DNA of 64,000 nt from Gammaproteobacteria bacterium (GCA_030066085.1 JASJCI010000001.1:132380-196379); one strand, 5' to 3'. Counted from the first letter of the stretch, positions 20,374 through 30,128 are shown. Numbers and translations are program-made. Notes: generated by a model not told the origin, from the letters alone.

Positions 20374-22113
20374 ATGGACAGACCGGTTAAAGGCCTCCCG
20401 CTACAGATCGCATCCACGGTCCTGAACGGGTTCAATCGCCATTTCACGATCTTCAGCAAGATTACCAAGGGTGCGAAGGAACGTTTCGAGAACGCCGACT
20501 GGCATGCCGAGCGCGCAGCATCGCGCGAACGCATCGCGTTTTACGACAAGCGCGTCAAGGACGCGATCGCGGACCTGCAAAAAATGTTCAACCTCGAGCC
20601 TTTCGACAGCCGGCTGTGGTTCGACGTCAAACGCGAGTATGTGCAGCTGATCAGCGATCACCTGCAGCCGGAACTGGCGGAGAGTTTCTACAACTCGGTT
20701 TTTTGCGCGCTTTTTCACCGCGACTATTTCGGCAACGACTACATCTTCGTGCGCAGCGCGGTGTCGACCGAGTTCATCGATTCCGACAAGCCTTCCTACC
20801 ACGTGTATTACCCGGCCAGGCGCGGTATCCGCTCCTCCATCAAGCAGGTCCTGCTCGACAGCGGCTTCAACCTGCCGTTCGAGAACATCGACCGCGACGT
20901 GCGCTACATCACGCGCTCCCTGATTCGGCATACCTTCCCGCACCCGCGGCGCGTGCACCTGAACTTCCAGTTCCAGGTCATCAGCGCGGTGTTTTATCGC
21001 AACAAGGCCGCCTACATCGTCGGCCGCGCGATGAATTCGAACAAGGTCGTCCCGTTCGCGATCCCGATCCTGCACGGCGGCGAGGATACGATCTACTGCG
21101 ACGCGATCATTATCGGTCGCCAGGGTCTCGCGCGCCTGTTCGAGTTTTCCTACGTTTATTTCATGGTCGACCACCCCGTGCCGTCGTCGATCGTGACCTT
21201 TCTGCGGCGCCTGATTCCGACGCGCAACAAGGAATCCTTTTACTCCGCGATCGGTTTCCACAAGCAGGGCAAGACGGTCTTTTTCCGGGAGTTCCTGCAT
21301 CATCTGAAACACTCCGAGGACGAGCTGGTTTTTGCTCCCGGGATAAAAGGCATGGTCATGGCCGTTTTCACGCTGCCGTCCTACCCCTACGTGTTCAAGG
21401 TCATTCGCGACCGTTTCCCGCCGCCGAAAAAGACCACGCGCCAGGAGGTGCTGGACACCTATCGCCTGGTCAAGATGCACGACCGCGTCGGCCGGATGTC
21501 GGATATTCTCGAGTATTCGCACGTCGCGCTGCCGCGCAATCGGTTTTCCGCGGACCTGCTGGAAGAGCTCTACGACACCTGCGCCAACAGTATTTCCGAG
21601 GAAGGCGACCAGATCGTAATCAAGCACCTGTACATCGAGCGCCGCATGACGCCGCTCAACATTGCCGTCGCGGAAGCCGACGACGAGTATCTCGACAAGT
21701 TGATGAAAGGCTACGGCCAGGCGATCAAGGACCTGGCGGCAGCCAACATCTTCCCGGGCGACCTGTTGCTGAAAAACTTCGGCGTAACCGGCCAGGGCCA
21801 GGGCCGCATCGTGTTCTACGACTACGATGAAATCTGTTACCTGACCGAATGCAATTTTCGCGAGATCCCGGCAGCGCGTTACCCCGAGGACGAATTTGCC
21901 GCCGAGCCCTGGTACAGCATCGCCGCCAACGATATTTTTCCGGAACAGTTTGCGACCTTCCTGTTTGCCGACCAGCGCGTGCGCAAGGCTTTTCTGAAAT
22001 ATCACCGCGACCTGCTCGATGCGGATTTCTGGATTCAGAAACAACGCAACATAGAGGACGGGATCTACGAGGACGTGTTTCCCTACCCGCAGAAAATCCG
22101 CTTCAAACGCTGA
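20374..22113 (+). CDS. aceK: Isocitrate dehydrogenase kinase/phosphatase
   Basis: ELAESFYNSV, APGIKGMVM, HDRVGRM, NIFPGDLLLKNFG, VFYDYDEI; likely start at 20374. Confidence 0.95.
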   Translation: MDRPVKGLPLQIASTVLNGFNRHFTIFSKITKGAKERFENADWHAERAASRERIAFYDKRVKDAIADLQKMFNLEPFDSRLWFDVKREYVQLISDHLQPELAESFYNSVFCALFHRDYFGNDYIFVRSAVSTEFIDSDKPSYHVYYPARRGIRSSIKQVLLDSGFNLPFENIDRDVRYITRSLIRHTFPHPRRVHLNFQFQVISAVFYRNKAAYIVGRAMNSNKVVPFAIPILHGGEDTIYCDAIIIGRQGLARLFEFSYVYFMVDHPVPSSIVTFLRRLIPTRNKESFYSAIGFHKQGKTVFFREFLHHLKHSEDELVFAPGIKGMVMAVFTLPSYPYVFKVIRDRFPPPKKTTRQEVLDTYRLVKMHDRVGRMSDILEYSHVALPRNRFSADLLEELYDTCANSISEEGDQIVIKHLYIERRMTPLNIAVAEADDEYLDKLMKGYGQAIKDLAAANIFPGDLLLKNFGVTGQGQGRIVFYDYDEICYLTECNFREIPAARYPEDEFAAEPWYSIAANDIFPEQFATFLFADQRVRKAFLKYHRDLLDADFWIQKQRNIEDGIYEDVFPYPQKIRFKR

Positions 22114-22164
22114 AGGCCGGCGTTGCGACCGCTCGCACGGCCGTCGAGCCGCGACCTGCAGGTG

Positions 22165-23418
22165 CTACAGCGATCCGAGGTGCGCCTCGATCATCCTGAT
22201 CTTGTCGCGCGATTTTTTCAGGAACTCCAGGATCTCTTCGATCGCAAGTCCGCCCATACCGAGCTTGGCGAAGGCCGGCAGCGCCGCAATCGGCGGCAGG
22301 TTTTTCTGTTCGGCGCTACCGATCATCGCGTGGTAGCGGGCAATCAGCACCAGGTCGCACAGGTCGGGGGTATCGGCCGGATTACGGAACCAGTCCCCGC
22401 ACTGCTGCCCCACATCGACCATTTCGGGGCCGAAATTCCATTCCTGCAACAGCATTCCGGTTACCTGGGGACGCAGTGCCATCACGGCCTGTCGCAGCCT
22501 CGCCGGATCGTTGCGCATTTCATCGTTTTGCTGCGCGTACTGCAGGATGGCGACTTCACCGATCCCGTGCACCAGGCCCGCCAGCTGTGCCTGCTCGGCG
22601 TCGAATCCATCGAGCCGCTCGGCCAGCAGGCGACACAGGCTGGCCACGTGCATGCTGTTTTTCCAGGCTGCCTGCATCTGCGTTTTCATCGCCGAGGTCT
22701 TGCTATCGAACAGGTCCTTGACCACGTAGCTCATTACCAGTTTGCGCGTATTCTCGAGGCCGAGCCGCACGACCGCCTGCTGCAGGCTCTCGATAGTTGC
22801 ATGACCGCGATACAGCGCGCTGTTAGCGACCATGATCATCTTGGCGGTTATTACCGGGTCTGACTGGATTATTACGCCAACCGTACCGGGTGTTACCAGG
22901 TTGTCGGCAAATGCCTGCTGAATACGCTGGGCAACGTCGGGCAAACTGGGCAGCACCAGGTTACCGGCGAGCAAATCGTTGAACAGCTGGATTTCGAACA
23001 TGGACTGTTCGGCGGTGTCGTCGATTGCGAAGGGATCCGCGCCTTGCGCCGGCTCCGGGTCGATCTCGCGCCGGGCAAACTCGCCGAGCTGCTCCGGGTA
23101 CAGCTTGATGAAGCGCGCCTGGTCCTCGGCCACGATGCGATACATGCTGGGGCGAATCCCGGCAACCGGATAGATTTCCCCGTCCTCGCTGCCGCTGTAG
23201 CGGATTTGCTGACGATCGTGCGTGCTTCCCTGCAGCGCACCCTCGACAAGGTAGAGACTGGAGTTTTCGGTACTTCCCAGTTCGACCAGACAGGATCCGG
23301 CTGGCGCCGTCTCGATTTGCAGGGTGTTGGCGAGGTTTTGCAGCTGCCGGTCGTCAAACTGGCTCAGGCTGCGGATTCGCCGCAGGAGGTGTATATCGGG
23401 ATGATTTGCGCCTTGCAC
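22165..23418 (-). CDS. cNMP-binding domain + HDOD domain protein
   Basis: SLYLVEGAL cNMP-like N-terminus; LPSLPDVA, ANSALY, AVVRLG, LAGLVHGIG HDOD motifs. Confidence 0.85.
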   Translation of the reverse strand: MQGANHPDIHLLRRIRSLSQFDDRQLQNLANTLQIETAPAGSCLVELGSTENSSLYLVEGALQGSTHDRQQIRYSGSEDGEIYPVAGIRPSMYRIVAEDQARFIKLYPEQLGEFARREIDPEPAQGADPFAIDDTAEQSMFEIQLFNDLLAGNLVLPSLPDVAQRIQQAFADNLVTPGTVGVIIQSDPVITAKMIMVANSALYRGHATIESLQQAVVRLGLENTRKLVMSYVVKDLFDSKTSAMKTQMQAAWKNSMHVASLCRLLAERLDGFDAEQAQLAGLVHGIGEVAILQYAQQNDEMRNDPARLRQAVMALRPQVTGMLLQEWNFGPEMVDVGQQCGDWFRNPADTPDLCDLVLIARYHAMIGSAEQKNLPPIAALPAFAKLGMGGLAIEEILEFLKKSRDKIRMIEAHLGSL

Positions 23419-23544
23419 GCCTGTTCCGGGTATAGCTTTCAGACTTACTTAGTTTAGCTGCTCGGCGTCGTTTGCAAGGGGGTGTCCACGAAATTTCTGC
23501 CGGCAGGCAGCGGTCGGCGGCCGCCGCTTCTGCGTCGGCCCGCG

Positions 23545-24540
23545 TCACAGCGGCTGCGCACTGCGTCGAATCCTGGCCTCGACACACAGCGCATTGAGCA
23601 TTTTCCGGTCGAGTACCTCGGGGTAGAGACGATGGAAGCGATCGACTTCGAGCGCGTTCGCGCGCGCGGCACGTTCGAGCCGCTGGCGATCTTCGGACGA
23701 CAGTCCCTGCAGCATCAGCAGGCGTGGCGCGAGGCGGTCGAGGTATAGCCGACAAAGGCGGCTGTGTTCTTCCTGCACCCAGTCTTCGCGAATGAGGAAG
23801 GTCGGGAACTCGATATCCGTTGCTTCGGCACGATCGAACCAGGCCGCTCGCGGACTGGGGCCTGCGCGCTGCGCGACCAGGCTCTCGAGGCGTGCATTGA
23901 CCGGCGGGACATAATCCTCGGTTGCGTCGCGCTCGTCCTCGATCGGCATCTGGCTGGCAGGCATGGCAGCCCATACGGGTCTTACCATCGGTTTACCGAA
24001 GTCCTCGCTGTCGGCGCACGAGCGCAATAGCGCCAGCGGCTTTTGTTCGCATCGATCCAGCAGCCAGTATTCGAAACGATCGCTTGCGGGATACGGCAGC
24101 TGTGAATCGGAAATCCAGGCGCAAAGGCGCTCGATCGTGCGCGCCACGACCTCGGTAGCAAACACCGGATGCAGCGACAGCCGCTGCAGGCCCGCCGGCG
24201 TGATGCTGGCGACGGCGGTATACTTTTCACGCGCTGTATTCGTATCGGCGCGAGTCGAACCGGTGTCGAGCGCGAAGCGGAACTGAATCTCCCAGTTTTC
24301 ACCGTCCATGCTCAACGCCCTCGCATCGCCGCACTCGACGATCTGCAGCTGCCCGCTAAAGGGCGGCAGCATTCGTTTGGAGTAGGCATGTAGCGCGCCA
24401 TCCTGCTCCCCGCTGGCGCGCGTTACCGCCTCGGTTGGCGCCGCAGGGCCTTGCTCGACACCTCGTGCCGATCCGGCATCCATGCCGCCGCCCCGGTGTC
24501 GGCGAAACCAGGATATCGGCTTGAACAAGTCGCGTAACAT
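23545..24540 (-). CDS. Hypothetical protein
   Basis: Long ORF with protein-like content (ALSMDGENWEIQ, DRFEYWLLD, APRLLMLQ); start uncertain (24540 or later). Confidence 0.65.
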   Translation of the reverse strand: MLRDLFKPISWFRRHRGGGMDAGSARGVEQGPAAPTEAVTRASGEQDGALHAYSKRMLPPFSGQLQIVECGDARALSMDGENWEIQFRFALDTGSTRADTNTAREKYTAVASITPAGLQRLSLHPVFATEVVARTIERLCAWISDSQLPYPASDRFEYWLLDRCEQKPLALLRSCADSEDFGKPMVRPVWAAMPASQMPIEDERDATEDYVPPVNARLESLVAQRAGPSPRAAWFDRAEATDIEFPTFLIREDWVQEEHSRLCRLYLDRLAPRLLMLQGLSSEDRQRLERAARANALEVDRFHRLYPEVLDRKMLNALCVEARIRRSAQPL

Positions 24541-24844
24541 GATGCTCCGGATGCTGCGGGTCCTATCGGGTGCGGGCATTATTGCCTGTTGTCCCGCACA
24601 TATCCATCCCGTGCGACCCCGGTCGCGCGGGCAAGCAAGTCCGGGGAAACACCCCGGGACCGGCAACGGCAATCATCATCGCCAGGGTATGGGTCGATCC
24701 CGGCAGGATCCGGACCGAGCCGGGTGCAGCGACCACCGGGTTACCGATCCGCGACAGGCGCGGGTCAGGCGGTGTAATCGCGCGCCTGCAACGGGGCCGC
24801 GCCTGCCAGACAACGAACGCCGCAACAGCTCGGGCGCGCCCCGC

Positions 24845-26515
24845 CTAGTCCGTCTCGACGGCCCGCATCGCGGCCTGGGCACAGTGACAGGAAGCGCCTA
24901 CCGGCAGGTCGGAACGGGCTGCGGCCAGTTCGAGGCGCTGACGGATCATCTTCGCTTCCGCCGTATCGTCGGCGCCGCGCCGGCGCAGGCACTCGTCGAG
25001 TCCCTTGAGACTCCAGATGTTGTCCGGATGGATGCAGGCTCGCGGCAGTTTACCGGCGAGGCCGAGATCCTCCCGGTAGGCCAGCTCGGCCTGCTCGACC
25101 AGGCCCTGTTCCAGCGTCAGGGCACCGAGCGCATGGCGTACGGGCTGTATCCATCCCCAGGGTTCGTCGTAGGGTAGCGCATCTTCGAGCTCGATCGCTT
25201 TACGCAGGTGGGCAAAAGCACGGTCGTGATTTTGCTTGCGGTACTCCAGTTCACCATCCAGCATGTGCTCGGCTATGTCGAGCAGGTCGAGACAGCGGAT
25301 ATTGTGCAGGTAGCGGCTGTCGGCGACCTCGGCACGCGCCTCGAAAAACTTCGCGCGCTCCGCTTCCGACTCGGCCACTTCACCCAGCGCGGCGTGAGCC
25401 ACGCCCTTCGCGTAGTGCAGCATGGCCGTGGTATGACAATAGAGCTGCCGATCCTCGGGCAGGGGCTCGGCGATGATATCGCGCCAGCGGCCAAACCGAA
25501 TCTGCACGTGAACCTTCATCGAGATGTAACTCTCGAGGAAATCGGCCATCGGCGGGCTCTGCTGGTGCAGCAACTCCACCGGAATCTCGCTGATCATCTC
25601 TTCGGCCGCGGCCATGGCCGGTTGGTATTGCCCGAGATACATCGCGCCGTAGATCGCAAAATGATAATTGTGCACGCGGTAGCCGGTGTAGAAGTTCATC
25701 CGCCCTTCTCGCTCGGCGATTTTGAGGTCGGCCTCGATCCCCTTCTGGTTCCAGTAAAGCGTGTCGCGGTAGTGACCGCACTGGATGTCGATATGGGTCG
25801 CCATGTGGATGAGGTGGCCGGCATCGGGCACCAGTTCACGCAGACAGTCGCCGGCTGCCAGCGCCTTTTCCGGGGTCGGCGACATCTCCATCAGGTGGAC
25901 ATAGAGGTGAAGAATACCGGGATGGGCGCGACCCTCGGGGGTATCGACGAACCTTTCGAGCACCTGCTGCGCCTCGATCGTGCCGGCGCCCTCGGCAACC
26001 CGGTTGTTGCGGATGTCCCACATTTTCCACGGGGTTCGATTCAGAATCGACTCTGCGTATATCGTGGCAACCTCGATATCATCGGGATAGTCCCGGTAAA
26101 CATCTTTCATCGCGGCGGCAAAATCATCGTTCCACGGCGACTGGTCTTCGATCGGTTCTCGCTGGGGGTAGCGCGCCTGCAGGGCTTCGATCAGCGCCCG
26201 TTCGACCGGGGTCGGCTTTGCGACGAGTTCGAGGGCGGCGCGGGTGCTGTCGTAGGCCCTGCCGAGAGCGTCGGCCCGGGTGGCCGCGTCCATCATCCAC
26301 CACTCGAAGTTGTAATTGGGTCCGGCCGCGTAAGCCACGCCCCAGTGCGCCATGGCACAGTCGGGGTCGTGCTCCAGTGCCTGCCGAAAGCATTCGATCG
26401 CCTGTTCGTGGTTGTAGGAATAGGTCCAGACCAGGCCGCGATCGAACCAGCGTTGTGCATCATCGGAACCTGTCGAGACCCGCCGCGAGTAGGTTCCAAG
26501 GTCGTAGTAAGCCAT
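24845..26515 (-). CDS. TPR-repeat protein of unknown function
   Basis: AQRWFDRGLVWTYSYNHEQA, HPGILHLYVHLME, AGHLIHMATHI, YDEPWGW; helical repeats. Confidence 0.85.
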   Translation of the reverse strand: MAYYDLGTYSRRVSTGSDDAQRWFDRGLVWTYSYNHEQAIECFRQALEHDPDCAMAHWGVAYAAGPNYNFEWWMMDAATRADALGRAYDSTRAALELVAKPTPVERALIEALQARYPQREPIEDQSPWNDDFAAAMKDVYRDYPDDIEVATIYAESILNRTPWKMWDIRNNRVAEGAGTIEAQQVLERFVDTPEGRAHPGILHLYVHLMEMSPTPEKALAAGDCLRELVPDAGHLIHMATHIDIQCGHYRDTLYWNQKGIEADLKIAEREGRMNFYTGYRVHNYHFAIYGAMYLGQYQPAMAAAEEMISEIPVELLHQQSPPMADFLESYISMKVHVQIRFGRWRDIIAEPLPEDRQLYCHTTAMLHYAKGVAHAALGEVAESEAERAKFFEARAEVADSRYLHNIRCLDLLDIAEHMLDGELEYRKQNHDRAFAHLRKAIELEDALPYDEPWGWIQPVRHALGALTLEQGLVEQAELAYREDLGLAGKLPRACIHPDNIWSLKGLDECLRRRGADDTAEAKMIRQRLELAAARSDLPVGASCHCAQAAMRAVETD

Positions 26516-26737
26516 CTGCGACTAACCTCCCGTTAGCGTACGGCCCCGAGTGTAACCCCGGCCCGGGTCGAGTTTAAACTTATCAATGCATTGCCATGGC
26601 GCGGAGAACGGTGGCTCGAATCGTGACCGGGCGAACCGGTTGCGATCGACCTGCCCGCTGCATCGGGGCTCGCAGGCGGGCGTCGGCAGCCACGACACCG
26701 AGGATATTGGGTGGCAGCTGCGGACAGGGCGGAATCA

Positions 26738-27217
26738 TCAGAGCAAGGCCTCGGCGGACAGCAGGATACCGTCCTCGTCACTGTAGAGATACTCGCCCGG
26801 GCGAAACACCGCGCCGAGGAACTCGAGTGTGATGCCGGCCTCGCCCCGATCTTCCTTGACACTGCGTCGCGGATTGGTGGCGAGCGCCTTTACGCCGAGG
26901 TCCATTGCGCCGACCTCGACCGAATCGCGCAGGCAGCCATTGATGACGACCCCCGCCCAGCCGTTCTCGATCGCCTTTGCCGCCATCATGTCACCGAGCA
27001 TCGCACAGGTCAGCGAGCCGCCGTTATCGATTACCAGCACCCGCCCCTCGCCCGGCGCCCAGATCAATTCACGCACGCGGCTGTTGTCGTTATCGGAGCG
27101 TACCGTCGCGATCGGACCGTGGAAACGGGTCCTGCCGCCGAAGTTGATTAGTGCGGGCGTAACCACCTGCATATCGGAATCGGCGGCATCGAGCAAATCG
27201 GCGGTTTTGAAGGTCAT
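26738..27217 (-). CDS. rraA: RraA family protein (possible HMG aldolase / oxaloacetate decarboxylase)
   Basis: TADLLD, DNSRVR, VLVIDNGGS, GDMMA, GCLRD, YSDEDGI; start MTFKT at 27217. Confidence 0.88.
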   Translation of the reverse strand: MTFKTADLLDAADSDMQVVTPALINFGGRTRFHGPIATVRSDNDNSRVRELIWAPGEGRVLVIDNGGSLTCAMLGDMMAAKAIENGWAGVVINGCLRDSVEVGAMDLGVKALATNPRRSVKEDRGEAGITLEFLGAVFRPGEYLYSDEDGILLSAEALL

Positions 27218-27234
27218 CGAGTTTCTCCAAACTT

Positions 27235-27413
27235 TGTCCCCGATCAAGGGACCTATTACGGGGACAGTTTACTAAATTGTTTCGGGGACAGTTTAATATT
27301 GGCCCGATCTTATTGGGTTTACCTGGTCTCAATCAACTAGCAGGGCATGCAAATCATTGAAATAATGAAGGATTTCCATGGTGTCCCCGATACAAAAAAG
27401 TAAACTGTCCCGG
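27235..27413. repeat. AT-rich insert with five GGGGACA/TGTCCCC-type repeats (REP/MITE-like)
   Basis: CGGGGACAGTTTA exact at 27259 and 27283; inverted copies TGTCCCCGA at 27235 and 27382, and TAAACTGTCCCGG at 27401. Confidence 0.7.
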
Positions 27414-27435
27414 AAAAACTGAAAAAATCGCAGGC

Positions 27436-27468
27436 AAAAAAAAAGCCCGCGATGAAATCGCGGGCTTT
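27436..27468 (-). terminator. Rho-independent terminator of aceA
   Basis: AAAGCCCGCGAT-GAA-ATCGCGGGCTTT with an A9 run, giving a U-tail on the minus strand. Confidence 0.88.
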
Positions 27469-27488
27469 CGACCGGTTGGCGAGGTCGG

Positions 27489-28793
27489 CTAGAACTGCTC
27501 TTCCTCGGTCGAGCCCGCCATCGCGGTGACCGACGAAGAACCGCCCTGGATCGTGGTGGTGACGTCGTCGAAGTAGCCGGCACCCACTTCCTGCTGGTGC
27601 GAGACGAAGGTATAACCCTTGTCGGCAGCGGCGAACTCCGGCTCCTGCACCTTCTCCACGTAGTGCTTCATGCCTTCGCCACGCGCATAGTCGTAAGCGA
27701 GATCGAACATGCTGTACCACATGCTGTGGATGCCCGCGAGGGTAATGAACTGGTACTTGTAGCCCATCTCGGCGATCTTCTCCTGGAACGCGGCGATGTC
27801 CTTGTCGTCGAGGTTTTTCTTCCAGTTGAAAGACGGCGAACAGTTGTAGGCCAGCAGCTTGCCGGGGTGCACAGCGCGCACGGCCTCGGCCCACTCGCGG
27901 GCGAAGCCGAGATCCGGGGTACCGGTTTCACACCAGACCAGGTCCGCGTACCTGGCGTAGGACACACCGCGCGAAATCGCCTGCTCGAGACCGTTCTTGA
28001 CGACGTAGAAACCTTCCTCGGTGCGCTCGCCGGTCAGGAACGGGCGATCGGCTTCGTCCACGTCCGAGGTCAGCAGGTTCGCGGCCTCGGAGTCGGTACG
28101 GGCCAGCAGTACCGTCGGCACGCCGGAAACGTCGGCGGCCAGGCGCGCCGCAATCAGCTTCTGCACCGCTTCCTGGGTAGGCACCAGTACCTTGCCGCCC
28201 ATGTGTCCGCACTTCTTGACCGCGGCGAGCTGGTCTTCGAAATGGACACCGGCAGCGCCGGCGCCGATCATGTTCTTCATCAGCTCGAAAGCGTTCAGCA
28301 CGCCACCGAAACCGGCCTCGGCATCGGCCACGATCGGCAGGAAGTAATCGATGAAATTTTCGTCGTCCGTATCGATTCCACGGCTCCACTGGATCTCGTC
28401 GGCGCGGCGAAAGGCATTGTTGATTCGGCGGACCATGACTGGCACCGAGTCGTAGGCATACAGCGACTGGTCGGGATACATGGTTTCGGAGGTATTGCCA
28501 TCGGCGGCGACCTGCCACCCCGACAGGTAAATCGCCTCGATGCCGGCCTTGGCCTGCTGCACGGCCTGGCCCGCGGTCAGCGCGCCCATGCAGTTGACGT
28601 AGCCCTTGGTGGCTTCGCCGTTCACCTGGCGCCAGAGTTTTTCCGCGCCCAGGCGCGCCAGCGTGTTTTCCGGCTGTACCGAACCGCGCAGGCGCACGAC
28701 ATCCGCCGCGGAATAACCGCGTTCGATGTTTTGCCAACGCGGGTTTTCGCGCCACTCCCGCTCCAGCGCGGTGATTTGCTCGTCTCTCGTCAT
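27489..28793 (-). CDS. aceA: Isocitrate lyase
   Basis: [11 protein letters not shown] catalytic motif, [28 protein letters not shown] end; start MTRDEQ at 28793. Confidence 0.97.
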   Translation of the reverse strand: MTRDEQITALEREWRENPRWQNIERGYSAADVVRLRGSVQPENTLARLGAEKLWRQVNGEATKGYVNCMGALTAGQAVQQAKAGIEAIYLSGWQVAADGNTSETMYPDQSLYAYDSVPVMVRRINNAFRRADEIQWSRGIDTDDENFIDYFLPIVADAEAGFGGVLNAFELMKNMIGAGAAGVHFEDQLAAVKKCGHMGGKVLVPTQEAVQKLIAARLAADVSGVPTVLLARTDSEAANLLTSDVDEADRPFLTGERTEEGFYVVKNGLEQAISRGVSYARYADLVWCETGTPDLGFAREWAEAVRAVHPGKLLAYNCSPSFNWKKNLDDKDIAAFQEKIAEMGYKYQFITLAGIHSMWYSMFDLAYDYARGEGMKHYVEKVQEPEFAAADKGYTFVSHQQEVGAGYFDDVTTTIQGGSSSVTAMAGSTEEEQF

Positions 28794-28917
28794 CTCGTTG
28801 TTTCTCTTGAAATTTATGGTCAAATCAAAGGGTTGGAAACACGTACCCACCCGTCCCCAGGCTAGCGACTATACCCGAGTAAAGCCATTTAAAAAGCCAA
28901 TTTGCTCAATCTAGTCT

Positions 28918-28946
28918 ATTGGATAATCCAATGAAATAATCCAATG
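28918..28946. promoter_or_regulatory. LysR-type T-N11-A operator
   Basis: Palindrome ATTGGAT-A-ATCCAAT (28918-28932) and a second ATAATCCAATG copy (28936-28946) between divergent aceA and LysR. Confidence 0.7.
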
Positions 28947-29127
28947 TGGATAGCTTATTGTGTCGTCGTACCAACCGCGTTACCACCGACGAATCGACAT
29001 TTTCGGCTAACACCTGCAGCCCGCTGGAAATTCGCGTCTCGCGTATCGGCTGGTCAATTAAATAAATACATCCTGTTTGATTTTCGCATTGAGAAGATCA
29101 ATAATTAAGCGCTATTCGGGGGCTGGC

Positions 29128-30048
29128 ATGGCAAACACTTACTACAAGCAAAACCACCTTAAAAAACTGCGTGCCTTTTGTCAGACGGCCAAACTGGGCA
29201 GCATGACCAAGGCTGCCGAATCCCTGTTCGCCAGCCAGCCGACCATCTCGCTGCAGATCCATGCGCTCGAGGAAGAAATGAACACGACGCTGTTCGAGCG
29301 CAGTGGACCAAAACTCTCGCTGACCACCGAGGGCGCTATTCTCTACGATCTCTGCCTGCCCCACGTACAGGGGATCGACCGGCTGAAGGAAACCTTCGAC
29401 GCGCACTGCGGCAACCTGACTTCGGGCGAGCTGAGCATAGCCGCCGGCGAATCGACCATTCTTTATATACTGCCGGAACCGGTGGGCCAGTTCGCGCGGC
29501 AATATCCGGCGATCAAGCTGCGCCTGGCCAACGAGACAGGACGCAACGGCATGGAGATGCTGCGCACGGACTCGGTCGACTTCGCCGTGGGTTCGATGCT
29601 CGAAGTGCCGGACGACCTGGTTTACGACCCGATCGTGACCTACAACCCGGTCGTGATTACGCCGCTGGAACACCCGCTGGCAAGACTCGAGCGCATTACG
29701 CTCACCGATATCGGCAAGTACGGACTGATACTGCCGCCACGCCACCTGTCCACCTGGCATATCGTCAAAATGGTTTTCGCCCAGCACAACGTGAACTTCC
29801 GCGTCACGCTCGAGGCCGGCGGCTGGGAAGTGATCAAGCGCTACGTCAGCCTGGGCCAGGGCATTTCGATCGTCACCGACGTCTGTATCACCGACGACGA
29901 TCGCGCCCGGATGAGCGTAATCCCGGTCGAGCAGTATTTTCCCAAGCGCAGCTACGGCATCGTCACGCGCAAGGGGAAATTCCTGTCGGCACCGGCCAAG
30001 CGCTTCATCGAGATCATGAACGAATGTTTCGGGCGCGAGGCGGTTTAG
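29128..30048 (+). CDS. LysR-family regulator (CysB-like), probable aceA regulator
   Basis: GSMTKAAESLFASQPTISLQIHALE HTH; EAGGWEVIKRYV; divergent from aceA. Confidence 0.9.
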   Translation: MANTYYKQNHLKKLRAFCQTAKLGSMTKAAESLFASQPTISLQIHALEEEMNTTLFERSGPKLSLTTEGAILYDLCLPHVQGIDRLKETFDAHCGNLTSGELSIAAGESTILYILPEPVGQFARQYPAIKLRLANETGRNGMEMLRTDSVDFAVGSMLEVPDDLVYDPIVTYNPVVITPLEHPLARLERITLTDIGKYGLILPPRHLSTWHIVKMVFAQHNVNFRVTLEAGGWEVIKRYVSLGQGISIVTDVCITDDDRARMSVIPVEQYFPKRSYGIVTRKGKFLSAPAKRFIEIMNECFGREAV

Positions 30049-30054
30049 ACCAGC

Positions 30055-30128
30055 ATTGTCGACAATTACGCTGTCGAAGCATTGTTTTTCCGAATATAAC
30101 GCATTAAAAACGAGATATTGTCAACAAT
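30055..30128. promoter_or_regulatory. Two PrpR (GntR-family)-like boxes
   Basis: Perfect palindrome ATTGTCGACAAT (30055-30066) and ATTGTCAACAAT (30117-30128) upstream of prpE. Confidence 0.72.

Noticed and set aside
20401..22044. Long antisense or alternate-frame ORFs (e.g. 547 aa opposite aceK, 556 aa opposite prpE, 420 aa opposite the kinase, 442 aa opposite the TPR gene)
   Set aside because: They shadow well-supported genes, show no family motifs, and are expected from GC-rich codon bias.
27235..27413. Possible mini-CRISPR array
   Set aside because: Repeats are only 9-13 bp, in mixed orientation and irregularly spaced; no cas genes.
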